Source of the DNA: Candidatus Krumholzibacteriia bacterium | GTDB taxonomy: Bacteria > Krumholzibacteriota > Krumholzibacteriia > JAJRXK01 | Assembly: GCA_041484665.1 (NCBI GenBank) | Contig: JBGPIA010000004.1 | Location: 1-64,000 of the forward strand | Direction: 5' to 3' | Length of the DNA: 64,000 nt | Shown here: one piece after another, positions 41,003-50,356 of the stretch | How the letters are laid out: every line of letters begins with the position of its first letter | How positions within the stretch are numbered: position 1 is the stretch's first letter | Notes under the pieces: generated by a model | Told to the model about the DNA's origin: nothing | The model's input: the letters and a program-made list of their open reading frames with translations, nothing else | Database searches by the model: none | Program-made: the position numbers and the translations under genes

Positions 41003-42097
41003 TCAGCGCGGGGCGGGCGCAGCCGGCCGCAGTGCGAGGACTGGCAGCTCGAGGATGACGGCGGAGTCGGCCGGCCCATGCTCCCAGCGCAGCCGCGCGT
41101 TGAAGGCGCGTACCAGCCGGTCGCTGACCTCGTAGCGCAGCAACCGGTCGCGGGCCTCGGTCCGGTCGCCAGAGGCCTCGGGAACAGTCATGCCCTGCGC
41201 CGCGCCTGCCCCGATCCCGTGGGCGCAGCAGCGCAGCAGCGCCGTTCCATCCGAGCCCGGCACGAGCTGCAGGGTGGCCACCGTCGGGCGGCGGGCGTCG
41301 GCCATTCCGGTGGCAACGCCCAGGAATTGGGCCAACAGCTGCGCCAGCCTTGGCCCGTCGCACAGCATGCCCCCGCTGTGCGGGCGCACATCCAGCTCGA
41401 GGTGCGCGAGCTCCTCGCGACGCAAGCGGGCCATCCAACGGCGCAGGCGATCTGCGACGTCCGGCAGCGAGCTGGGCGCGGGCCGCAGCGCCACCTCGCC
41501 GTTCTCCAGCGCGACGAGCTCCTCGATGCGCTCGATGGTCTCAGAGAGCCTCTGCACGTTGCGGCGTCCGACCTCCAGGAAATGCTCGGTGGTCGTCCCG
41601 CGAGTCTCGGCTCCAGCCTCCTCGAGGATGGTCAGAGCGCTGGACAAGGACGTCACCGGCGTGCGCAGGCGATGGGAGAGGTACCCGAGGTAGCGGTGCA
41701 GCTCGGCGCGGGCCGCGACGGCTTGCGCACGGTCTCCACGCGCCCGCGCCTGCGCCAGCAGCTCGCGCAAGCGGGCGGCGTCCGGCGGGGCGGCGCACAT
41801 CCCGATGGCGCCCAGTCGCAGCGCGTCCCGGAACGCGGACGCACAGGCTTCGGGGCCGACCAGCAGCAGGGGCGCGCGGGTGGGGCGGCGCGCCAGCCCC
41901 CCGTCCAACCCGTCTTCCGCCCGCACGCGCGCCAGGGAGGCCACCAAGAGCGAGCTGTCGCCGCCCTCGAGCCAGGCGCTCAAGTCTTCTTGACCTTGCG
42001 CGCTGCGCACGCAGAGGCCCGCCGCCTCCAGCGCGCGCGCCCAGGTCTCCACGTGCGCAGGCTCCACCAGCAGCAACGCCTGCTCGCTCCTGGACAA
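41003..42097 (-). CDS. Pseudo-receiver + HisKA protein with degenerate ATPase domain
   Basis: SHRLRTPVTSL H-box; receiver-like fold lacking the acidic pocket; GGAGGA RBS before TTG. Confidence 0.7.
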   Translation of the reverse strand: MSRSEQALLLVEPAHVETWARALEAAGLCVRSAQGQEDLSAWLEGGDSSLLVASLARVRAEDGLDGGLARRPTRAPLLLVGPEACASAFRDALRLGAIGMCAAPPDAARLRELLAQARARGDRAQAVAARAELHRYLGYLSHRLRTPVTSLSSALTILEEAGAETRGTTTEHFLEVGRRNVQRLSETIERIEELVALENGEVALRPAPSSLPDVADRLRRWMARLRREELAHLELDVRPHSGGMLCDGPRLAQLLAQFLGVATGMADARRPTVATLQLVPGSDGTALLRCCAHGIGAGAAQGMTVPEASGDRTEARDRLLRYEVSDRLVRAFNARLRWEHGPADSAVILELPVLALRPAAPAPR

Positions 42098-42191
42098 CGC
42101 TCGTCCTCCCCGTGCGGGAACCGCACACCGCGCGAATCCGTCGACGGCGCATCAGCTGAGGCCTGCGGCCGGACGGACCCGTGGCAGGAGG

Positions 42192-42207
42192 TACAAGGCA
42201 CATGCCA
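42192..42207 (-). promoter_or_regulatory. Possible sigma54 promoter
   Basis: TGGCATGTGCCTTGTA (GT instead of GC at -12). Confidence 0.45.
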
Positions 42208-42433
42208 CCGTCCGCCGAAGGCTCACGGAGACTCACGGGGAAACATCGGGACGCATGCGCCGCGCGCGGGTGCCGGCGCGACCGCAGCGACGCGGCGGGA
42301 CAGCGTGCATCCTGCCACCCCCAACGCGTTGGCGCGCGGGTTCGGGCGGTGCCGGGGGCCGCGCCTGGGTCCGAGCCCGCCGGGAGCCGCGGGCGAGCAG
42401 GCGCGCCGTCGACGTCGCGCAGGTGGGGGGGCG

Positions 42434-43258
42434 TCAGGGCGCCCGGGTGGGCGGCGCCAAGCCCGCAGGGGCCGCAGCCGGGGGGCGCCACACGAGCCCG
42501 ATCGTCCAGCCCAGGTCGATCGGCCGGTCGGCGCGCGGGCCGATCGCGGTGGCCGCGCCCACGCGCAGCAGCACCTCGCCCATGAGCGGTGTGGCCGCTG
42601 AGGCTTGCAGCCACGCCGTGCGTGGCAGGCCGCCCAGGTCGGAGCGCGCCGTCGCGTCCCACAACAGACGCTGCGCGGCGCCGTGCGCCGCAGCCTCCAC
42701 TCCCCAACCCGAAGGGAAGTCGTCGGCGGGACGCGTGCGATCGTCGGGCGGAGAGACGCGCCGCGCCCAGGCACCGGCCCACACGCGCCAGCGCCGTCCG
42801 CTGAGCGGGGAGGCCCGCAAGCGCGCCGTGACGCTGGGAGCGCCGGTAGAGACGGGATAGAGGGAGCGGTCGCCCAGCGGCAGGACGACGCGCAGGTCGA
42901 ACGCGCCACGGCTGGTGGCGGGCTCACCCAGGTGACCGCTCCACTGCACCCACGGTGGACCACCGCCCCATTCAGCACGCTCGCTCGTATCGACGCCAAC
43001 GTAGTCGACCCCGCCCGCGACGGCGTGCCTGCCGGCGACCGTGAGCCAGCCGCTCGCCTCGTACACCTCCGCCCGCGCGTCGCCTGGGAGCTGGTAGGCC
43101 CACACGGCGGTCGATCCGCGCGCGGGCTGTGGCAGGTCGAGGGGATCCAGCGGCAAAGGTGGGAGCAGCAGCTGCGCGGAGGCGGCGCACACCGGCGGGA
43201 GCTGTGGCCGCATTCCCAGCGCGACGACCGCAGCGCAGGCAATCCAAACCGGCAGCAC
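42434..43258 (-). CDS. Exported Trp-rich hypothetical protein, possibly a beta-barrel
   Basis: Signal-like LPVWIACAAVVALG; amphipathic strands ending DLGWTIGLVW; start uncertain. Confidence 0.5.
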   Translation of the reverse strand: MLPVWIACAAVVALGMRPQLPPVCAASAQLLLPPLPLDPLDLPQPARGSTAVWAYQLPGDARAEVYEASGWLTVAGRHAVAGGVDYVGVDTSERAEWGGGPPWVQWSGHLGEPATSRGAFDLRVVLPLGDRSLYPVSTGAPSVTARLRASPLSGRRWRVWAGAWARRVSPPDDRTRPADDFPSGWGVEAAAHGAAQRLLWDATARSDLGGLPRTAWLQASAATPLMGEVLLRVGAATAIGPRADRPIDLGWTIGLVWRPPAAAPAGLAPPTRAP

Positions 43259-43362
43259 ACGGCTGCGCAGCGCGGCCGCAAGCCCTCGCGCAGGAGGCCA
43301 CGGACCGCACGGGGTGGCGCGCGTTGAGCGCGATCGGGCGCCACGGGCGCCGGCCAGCGGAC

Positions 43363-43725
43363 TCAGGAGGCCCCTTCGATCAGCTGCATCTCGCCGTGCT
43401 CCACGAAGCAGACCTTGATGACCAGCCGATTGCCCGGCAGCTTCGCCTTGGCCGTGACGGTGCCGTAATCGTCCCAGCCGCGATGGTGCAGCACGTCGCC
43501 GATCTCGTAGACCGTCTTGGGGTCGTAGGGTCGCGCGCGCGCGATGTCCAGTTCCTCGAGGGTGGGCGCGACCTGCTCGGCGCTCGTGGGCACCGGCGCG
43601 TCCTCCATCCTCGGCAGGATTCCCTTGCAGCGCGGGCACTTCAGCCAGATCACGCCATCCTCGTTGGTGTCGCTCACCACCGTCATCTCGAGGTGGTCCT
43701 TGCACACCGAACAATATTGGCGCAT
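43363..43725 (-). CDS. Zinc-ribbon plus Tudor/SH3-like small protein
   Basis: CSVC...CPRC then YEIGDVLHH..WDDYGTV...IKVCF..G. Confidence 0.75.
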   Translation of the reverse strand: MRQYCSVCKDHLEMTVVSDTNEDGVIWLKCPRCKGILPRMEDAPVPTSAEQVAPTLEELDIARARPYDPKTVYEIGDVLHHRGWDDYGTVTAKAKLPGNRLVIKVCFVEHGEMQLIEGAS

Positions 43726-43787
43726 GGCACGTCCCGCAAAGGACAGCTCTGGCTTCATCAGCGCCCCGTGGCTGCGGCCTTATGGGT

Positions 43788-43964
43788 TCAGGTGACGATC
43801 CTGCAGCACTCCTCGGCTTCGTCCTTCGAGTTGTAGCGCATCCCGCAGGTCAGGCAACGGTACCTGCCGTTGATCCTTCCTTCTAGCTCTGCTCTCTCGA
43901 TGAGTTGGTCGTATTTGACGTAGGGCTTTTCCTTCACGAGGGCCGGCTCTTCGATCTTCGCCAT
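43788..43964 (-). CDS. 58-aa zinc-finger-like microprotein (absent from the ORF track)
   Basis: MAKIEEPALVKEKPYVKYDQLIERAELEGRINGRYRCLTCGMRYNSKDEAEECCRIVT; purine-rich RBS; own promoter. Confidence 0.75.
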   Translation of the reverse strand: MAKIEEPALVKEKPYVKYDQLIERAELEGRINGRYRCLTCGMRYNSKDEAEECCRIVT

Positions 43965-44065
43965 TTCCCTTCCCCCTGAGACACCATCCTTCTTCGGATA
44001 TTGTCCTCACCGCCTTCGCGATCACTCATGAAGTCGAAGCAGTCGAAGCAAGCGATGCACGCGGC

Positions 44066-44094
44066 ATCATATGCAACACCGGTGCGTGCGTCAA
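44066..44094 (-). promoter_or_regulatory. Near-consensus sigma70 promoter
   Basis: TTGACG-N17-TATGAT on the minus strand. Confidence 0.7.
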
Positions 44095-44146
44095 CCCCGC
44101 CCCAGCCCTTTCAGGATGTTCGGTGGCGGCGTGTGGGGATGGACGG

Positions 44147-45280
44147 CTACGCGAGCGCGGCGCGGAGGTCGTCGATCAGGTCCTCGACGTCCTCGATCCC
44201 CACGCTGAGGCGCACGAGCCCGTCGGTGATGCCCAGCGCAGCGCGCTCGGTGGCGGGGACGGAAGCATGGGTCATGACGGCGGGATGTGCGATGAGGCTC
44301 TCGACCCCACCGAGACTCTCGGCGAAGGTGAACAGCTTCACGCGCGTGACCGCTGCCTGCGCCGCCTCGAGGCTGCCGAGGTCGAAGGCGATCATGGCGC
44401 CAAAACCGGTCATCTGGCGCCTGGCTAGATCGTGGCCAGGGTGGTCGGGCAGGCCGGGGTAGTAGAGCTTGCGCACACGGGGGTGCCGGGCCAGCATCGC
44501 GGCGATCGCCCGCGCGTTCTCCTCGTGCTGGCGCATGCGCACCGCCAGCGTCTTGACCCCGCGCAGCGCCAGCCAGCAGTCCCAGGGGCCCGGAACGGCG
44601 CCGGCCGCGTTCTGCAGGAAGCGCAGCGCGGCATGGAGCTCGTCGTCGCCGGTGACCACGATCCCGCCCACCATGTCGCTGTGCCCGTTGAGGTACTTGG
44701 TCGTGGAGTGGACCACGGCGTCGGCGCCCAGCGCGAGCGGCCGCTGGAAGTAAGGGCTCATGAAGGTGTTGTCGACCACCAGGCGCGCTGCGCGCGCGTG
44801 GGCCAGGCGTGCCGCGGCGGCGATGTCGGTGATGGAGAGCACCGGGTTGGTCGGGGTCTCGACGTAGAGCATGCGGGTGCGCGGCGTCCACGCCCGCTCC
44901 ACGTTGGCCAGATCGCTGGTGTCCACGAAGGCGAACTCCAGGCCGAAGCGCCGCAGCACCTGCTCGAACAGGCGGTAGGTCCCGCCGTAGACGTTGTGCG
45001 TGCACACCACGTGGTCGCCCCCGCTGAGCGTCTGGACCAGGGCGTGGATGGCAGCCATGCCGCTGGCGTAGGCGATGCCGTGGCGCGCCCCCTCCAGCTT
45101 GGCCACGCAGGCCTCCAGCGCCTCGCGGGTGGGATTCTGCGTGCGCGCGTACTCGTAGCCCTTGTGGCGCCCGATCCCCTCCTGCCGGTAGGTGGAGGTC
45201 TGGAAGACCGGGACCGTCACCGCGCCGGTGGTAGGCTCGGGGTGCTGGCCGGCGTGGATGGCGTCGGTGGCGAAGCCCAC
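44147..45280 (-). CDS. Cystathionine gamma-lyase/synthase (PLP)
   Basis: YEYARTQNPT, SGMAA, YGGT, ETPTNP, DNTF, HSTTKYLNGHSD and ESLGGVESL motifs. Confidence 0.92.
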   Translation of the reverse strand: MGFATDAIHAGQHPEPTTGAVTVPVFQTSTYRQEGIGRHKGYEYARTQNPTREALEACVAKLEGARHGIAYASGMAAIHALVQTLSGGDHVVCTHNVYGGTYRLFEQVLRRFGLEFAFVDTSDLANVERAWTPRTRMLYVETPTNPVLSITDIAAAARLAHARAARLVVDNTFMSPYFQRPLALGADAVVHSTTKYLNGHSDMVGGIVVTGDDELHAALRFLQNAAGAVPGPWDCWLALRGVKTLAVRMRQHEENARAIAAMLARHPRVRKLYYPGLPDHPGHDLARRQMTGFGAMIAFDLGSLEAAQAAVTRVKLFTFAESLGGVESLIAHPAVMTHASVPATERAALGITDGLVRLSVGIEDVEDLIDDLRAALA

Positions 45281-45283
45281 GGC

Positions 45284-46678
45284 TCACTCCTCCCCATGGA
45301 TGTAGTCGATGAGGTCGTAGCGGGTCAGGATCCCCGCGATGCGGCCGTGCTCCCCCACCAGGACGGCCGCATCGCGGCCGCCGAGCAGCTTGAGCACTTC
45401 GAGCGTCGAGCGCGAGCCGTCGATCAAGGGCAGCGCTGGCTCCTGGAAGTCGGACACCCGCGCTCCCATCGCTTCGGTATGGTCCAGGACGGCTGCCATC
45501 AGCTTGCTGTCGGTCACCCGGCCCACCGGCTGGCCGTCGCGCATCACGGGCAGCTGGCTCACCTGGTAGCGGCGCATGAGCTCGATTGCCTCGCGCACGG
45601 GCGCTGCCGCGTCCACCGTGATCAACAGGGGCAGGCCACCGGGCTTGGCATGCACCACGTCGGCCGCGGTCACCACATCGGCGCCCAGGAAGCGGTTCTC
45701 GCGCATCCAGTCGTCGCTGTAGATCTTCGACAGGTAACGCGACCCGGAGTCCGGCAGCAGCACCACCACCAGCTGCGCGGGCGGCAGCTCGCGGGCCACC
45801 TCCAGCGCCACCACCACCGCCGCGCCGCAGCTGCCACCCACGAACAGGCCTTCCAGGCTGGCGAGCTTGCGCGTCGTAAGCATGGCACTGCGGTCGTCCA
45901 CCGTCCGCAGCTCGTCTACCCATTGCCGGTGGAAGCAGCCGGGGATGATGTCCTCGCCGATCCCCTCGATCTTGTAGGGCTCGGCCTCGGTCATCTCGCC
46001 GGTGTCGAACCAGTGCTTGAGGATGCTGCCCTTGGGATCAGCGCCGACGACGCGCACCCCCGGATTCTGCTCCTTGAGGTAGCGGCCCACGCCGCTGATC
46101 GTCCCACAGGTGCCGATCCCCGCCACGAACACGTCGAGCTTGCCCTCGGTCTGCTCCCAGATCTCCGGCCCGGTGGTATCGTAATGGGCCTGCGGGTTGG
46201 CGTCATTGTCGTATTGATTCATCCAGATGCAGTTGTCGTTCTCCTCCGCCAGGCGCCGCGCCACGGAGTAGTAGCTCTCGGGGCTGTCGGGCGGTACGGC
46301 GGTCGGCGTGACGATCACTTCCGCACCCATGGCGCGCAGCAGACGGATCTTCTCCTGGCTCATCTTATCGGGCATCGTGCAGACGAGCTTGTACCCCCGC
46401 ACCGCGCACACCAGGGCCAGCCCCATGCCCGTATTGCCGCTGGTGCACTCCACGACGGTGCCGCCCGCGCGGAGCTTCCCGCTGCGCTCGGCGGCGTCGA
46501 TCATGGTCGTGCCGATGCGGTCCTTCACGCTGCCGCCCGGATTGAAGTACTCGACCTTGGCGTACACCTTCGCGCCGCGCGGGTCGGGGAGGCGGCGCAG
46601 GCGCACCAGCGGCGTTCCGCCGATGGCTTCGGTGATGTCCTCGTAGACCGCGGGTGCGGGGCGGCGGCGTGGCTGCAT
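45284..46678 (-). CDS. cbs: Cystathionine beta-synthase with C-terminal CBS pair
   Basis: NPGGSVKDR, TSGNTG, GIGTCGT, YKIEGIG and PDSGSRYLSK motifs; two CBS domains. Confidence 0.9.
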   Translation of the reverse strand: MQPRRRPAPAVYEDITEAIGGTPLVRLRRLPDPRGAKVYAKVEYFNPGGSVKDRIGTTMIDAAERSGKLRAGGTVVECTSGNTGMGLALVCAVRGYKLVCTMPDKMSQEKIRLLRAMGAEVIVTPTAVPPDSPESYYSVARRLAEENDNCIWMNQYDNDANPQAHYDTTGPEIWEQTEGKLDVFVAGIGTCGTISGVGRYLKEQNPGVRVVGADPKGSILKHWFDTGEMTEAEPYKIEGIGEDIIPGCFHRQWVDELRTVDDRSAMLTTRKLASLEGLFVGGSCGAAVVVALEVARELPPAQLVVVLLPDSGSRYLSKIYSDDWMRENRFLGADVVTAADVVHAKPGGLPLLITVDAAAPVREAIELMRRYQVSQLPVMRDGQPVGRVTDSKLMAAVLDHTEAMGARVSDFQEPALPLIDGSRSTLEVLKLLGGRDAAVLVGEHGRIAGILTRYDLIDYIHGEE

Positions 46679-46795
46679 GGCGTCGCGAGGAGCGCGGCTC
46701 CCCTCTCCTTTCGTGGCGCGGGGTGGGTCGGTGGGGGTCGCCGCGAGGGCCGGGGCGGTCGCGGCAGGTGCCGTCCCGGGCGGCAAGCCCGGCGC

Positions 46796-46825
46796 AAACT
46801 AGCACCCTGGTTTCGCGTGTGTCAA
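46796..46825 (-). promoter_or_regulatory. sigma70 promoter for cbs
   Basis: TTGACA-N18-TAGTTT with extended TG. Confidence 0.5.
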
Positions 46826-46968
46826 GGCGACGCCGCGCGGAGCATTGCGGTAACGTCCAGCAACAGAAAGACTTCGCGCTCTGCCCGCCACCGGGGCATC
46901 GCCCACACACCGCGCTCAGCCGCGCGACGGACGTGCCGGGGCACAGCGGCGCCGCGCGGGCGCCGCTG

Positions 46969-47781
46969 TCAGCGGCGACCGGCCTGAAACTCGAGCAGCC
47001 CGCCCACCGTCTCGATGCCAGCGGCGCGCAGCTCGTGCAGCAGACGCACGAGGACGCCCGCCGTTGCCCGGGCGTCATCGACGGCGCGATGACGGCGCAG
47101 CAGCGGCACCCCGTAGTGGGCCGCCACCGCGTCGAGGGCGCAGCTGCGCAGGAAGGGAAGGTGGCGCTGCACGAGTCGCAGCGTGCACACCCGGGGAGTG
47201 GGAGCGGGATGGACGTCGCAGGCGCGCAGCCGGCTGCGCAGGAACGCGTAGTCGAACTCGGCGTTGTGCGCGACGAACAATGCGTCGTCCAACAGCTCCA
47301 GCAGACGCGGAGCGACCGCCGGCAGCGCGGGGGCGCCCGCGAGCATCGAGTCCTCGATCCCGGTGAGCTGCTGGATGAGCGGCGGGACGGTGGTTCCGGA
47401 GGTGATCAGGCTCTGAAACTCCCCAGCGGGCCGCATGCCCTCCAGGCGCACGACGGCGATCTCGATGATGCGGTCCGTGGCAGGCAGGCTGCCGGTCGTC
47501 TCCAGATCGACCACCGCGAAGCTGGCGCTGGCGAGCGGCATGCGCTGGTACGCGCGGCTGGCGAGCTCCCACCGCCCGCGATGGCGCTGCCGGAAACGCT
47601 CGTCGCTGGAGAGCAGCGTACGAATCAGCAGCGGAGCCACACCGCTCGCACGGCCGGGATCGGGGAACAGCACGTCGGCGAGCTCGTTCACTGCCACCGG
47701 GCGGTCGGCCCGCTCGATGTACGCGATGGCGCGCCGGCGCATGCTGTCCAGGCTCTCGCCGCGCAGAGGATGGCTCGCCAC
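46969..47781 (-). CDS. DEDDh 3'-5' exonuclease (DnaQ-like) with N-terminal HTH-like extension
   Basis: VDLETTG, AHNAEFD and HRAVDDA motifs. Confidence 0.88.
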   Translation of the reverse strand: MASHPLRGESLDSMRRRAIAYIERADRPVAVNELADVLFPDPGRASGVAPLLIRTLLSSDERFRQRHRGRWELASRAYQRMPLASASFAVVDLETTGSLPATDRIIEIAVVRLEGMRPAGEFQSLITSGTTVPPLIQQLTGIEDSMLAGAPALPAVAPRLLELLDDALFVAHNAEFDYAFLRSRLRACDVHPAPTPRVCTLRLVQRHLPFLRSCALDAVAAHYGVPLLRRHRAVDDARATAGVLVRLLHELRAAGIETVGGLLEFQAGRR

Positions 47782-47946
47782 CGGGGGCTCCTGGCGTTCG
47801 TGGGTGGACCAAGCAAGCCCTTCCAGTCTAGCACGCGCACCGGTCGCTGCTCAACGCGGCGGGGCTCTGACAGAGCTCGTACGGCCCCAGCCCGCCCGGG
47901 AACGGTGCTGTGATCGGCGTGCGGGTGACCGCCGTGCGGCTGCGGC

Positions 47947-48840
47947 TCAGCGTTTGCCCGCGCGTGCTGCGAGCACGGCGCGTGGCAGCGCGGTCGCGCC
48001 GTCGGTCCCGAAGGCCAGGCAGCGCAGCTGCAGCAGCGCGATGAGCGGCGGCGGCGCACGCCGGTTGGGCTCGGGTGGATCGACGGCGGTCTCGACGCGC
48101 GTGGTGGTCGTGGCGCCGAGCAGGTGGAACACCGGGACCTGGGCGCTGATCTGCGCCTGGGAGCGGGCCACGGTGCGGTGGATGAGCGTGCGCCGCCCCA
48201 TGGGTACGCGCTGCTCTCGCGTCTCGCTGAGCACCACTTCCTCGCGGGCCAGGCGCCCGCCGCTCCAGGTGGTGTCCGGCAGCGTGGAGCGCGTCAGTTG
48301 CGGCGATGTGAAAATATCCTGGAAATGGCGGCGCACGAGGCGGTTGTTGCGCAGCTGCGCCAGATCCTGCGCCTGCGCGCTCCCGTCGCCGGGCAGCCGG
48401 TAGAGCTCGAGCACTGCGTCGAGCAGGTCGACATCGGCGCGCAGCCGGGAGGGATCCAGCTGGAAGATCCACGACTCGGTCTCGGAGCGCACGCGCAGCT
48501 CCACCCAGCGCGTTCCGTCCGGCTGTGCGGCCCGCACGGCGCAATCCAGCGTGTCGGTCTCGACACGCCCCTCGGCAGCCTCGAGACGTTCCAGCCGCAC
48601 CCATGCCCCCGGCGTCAGCTCGAGGGGGAGCAAACCTCGCCGCCACCAGCTGAACAGCTCCTGCGCGTGCGCGGGGCCCGGCAGCACCGCTGCAAAGCCC
48701 GCGGCCAGCGCGAGGCCACACACCAGCAGCCGGCCCCGCAGACGCGGCCGCCTGGAGAGGACCCTCCCCAGGCGGCGCCGGCGTGCTCGCTGCGCGGGCG
48801 CGCTAGTGCTTGATCTTGGCCCAGTAGCTCGCGTACTCAA
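47947..48840 (-). CDS. Exported hypothetical protein
   Basis: Signal peptide ending PAHA-Q; start uncertain (possibly GTG at 48723). Confidence 0.6.
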   Translation of the reverse strand: MSTRATGPRSSTSAPAQRARRRRLGRVLSRRPRLRGRLLVCGLALAAGFAAVLPGPAHAQELFSWWRRGLLPLELTPGAWVRLERLEAAEGRVETDTLDCAVRAAQPDGTRWVELRVRSETESWIFQLDPSRLRADVDLLDAVLELYRLPGDGSAQAQDLAQLRNNRLVRRHFQDIFTSPQLTRSTLPDTTWSGGRLAREEVVLSETREQRVPMGRRTLIHRTVARSQAQISAQVPVFHLLGATTTTRVETAVDPPEPNRRAPPPLIALLQLRCLAFGTDGATALPRAVLAARAGKR

Positions 48841-50206
48841 AGTTCGGGCTGTTCTCCGCCGTGTGGCAGGTCGTGCAGGAGCTCTTGGCGGCGGCGACCC
48901 ACTGGCCGTCGCGCACGTGCTGCGTGCCGTACCCGTGGCACGCCTCGCACTGGACGTTGTACAGCGAATTGCGCCCGCTCTGGGAGTCGCCGCGGTCGTA
49001 GCCGTTGACGTGGTTGTAACCCACCACGTGGCACCCGACGCAGTCGGAGTTGGACTCCTGTCCCTTCTCGACCAGCGTCTGCCAGGCCCGCGCGTGGGCG
49101 CTGGAGGCGTAGGTCTGGTAGTCCTGCGAATGGCACTTGGCGCAGGCGCTGGCGCCCAGGAACTTTTCCGACGTGGACCCCAACGGCCGCGAGTGTGTAT
49201 CCGGCGGGATCTCCTTGGCTTTCTTGGCCGCCTCGGCCTCGAAGCTGGTCACGCGGTCGCGCACCGCGGTGGTCTCCGGGCTCTTCTCGTCGAGCTCGTA
49301 GATGGTGACCGGCTCCTCGCCGAACTGGATCTGGTGACTCTTCTTGTCCACCGTCATGTCCAGCTGGCCGACGTACTTGCCTTGATTGTTGGCCGCCAGC
49401 AGCGCCACGCTGCCGATCTTGTTCAGGCGGCGGTACTGGCGGATGTCCTGCCCCTCGACACAGATGTCGATCAGGGGGTTGTTCCCGTCCTTGTCCCCCA
49501 TGCCCACCAGCAGCTCCCGCGTCTCGGTGCTGGAGAGGTGGGCCAGCAGGACCACCACGTCGCTCTTCTTGCGCAGCTCGGGCAGATACTTGTCCAGGGC
49601 GTCGCGCGGCGAGTCGACTACGAACTGGTCGGGCGTGGCCGACATGGTCGTGATCTTCATCGCCGGGCTCAGCACCGAGATCACGCCGATCCTCAGCCCC
49701 TCCTGCTCGATCACCGTGTAGGGCGGGAACAGCAGCGGGCCGCCGGCGGTCTGGCGCACGTTGGCGTTGACGAAGAGGAACCCGTAGGTCTTCTCCGTCT
49801 CGCGCAGGTAGTCCAGGCCGTAGTTGAGGTCCATCTCGCCGACGCCGAAGACCTTGTAGCCCAGCGCGGCGGTCTCCTTGCACAGGAAGCTCGTCTGGTC
49901 CTTCTCGGACTGCGTGCGCTGACCGAACAGGTCGCCGCCGTCCAACGCCACGACGTTCTTGTGCTCGTGGCGGATCTTCTCGAAGAGGGCGGCCCTCCGG
50001 GCCAGCCCGCCCAGCTGCTTCGACTTTCACCCACAGGGAGAGATCTTGCCCTGCACCGCTGATTGGAACAGCAGCGTCAGGTCGACGCCCTGGTCGGCGC
50101 GGCTCTCGCGGCCGGCGACGACCAGGGCGGCGAGCAACAGGGCCAAGGCTGCGACGAGCGCGCTCCCGCGCCGTCCCAGCATGGAGCGGTTGGACTCCCG
50201 CGACAT
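48803..50206 (-). CDS. UshA-like selenoprotein fused to tetraheme cytochrome c (c554-like); Sec at UGA 50027-50029
   Basis: AGGAGG RBS and signal peptide; GKISPCG-UGA-KSKQLGGLARR in frame with LDGGD...; four CxxCH motifs (CAKCH, CVGCH, CEACH, CTTCH). Confidence 0.85.
49980..50023 (-). promoter_or_regulatory. Putative bacterial SECIS hairpin
   Basis: GGGC-U-GGCCC-GGA-GGGCC-GCCC with bulged U, loop 28 nt after UGA; lower stem UCGAAG/CUUCGA. Confidence 0.7.
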
Positions 50207-50356
50207 CCGGCAACCTCCTTGGTGTGCCAACGCAGGCGGTGGGCGCCGGCCGGCGCCGCCGCACAGGGTGTCATGCTAGCATCGGTAGTGCCGGGGTCGC
50301 AATCGGCCCGCCGGGCCGCCAGGTAAACGCTCCGTAAAAAGGTCGGTTCCCGCGCC

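Noticed and set aside
44147..50206. Selenium-metabolism cluster linking cbs/cystathionine lyase, the selenoprotein and serS
   Set aside because: The genes have separate promoters and are ordinary housekeeping neighbours; no sel genes are in the window
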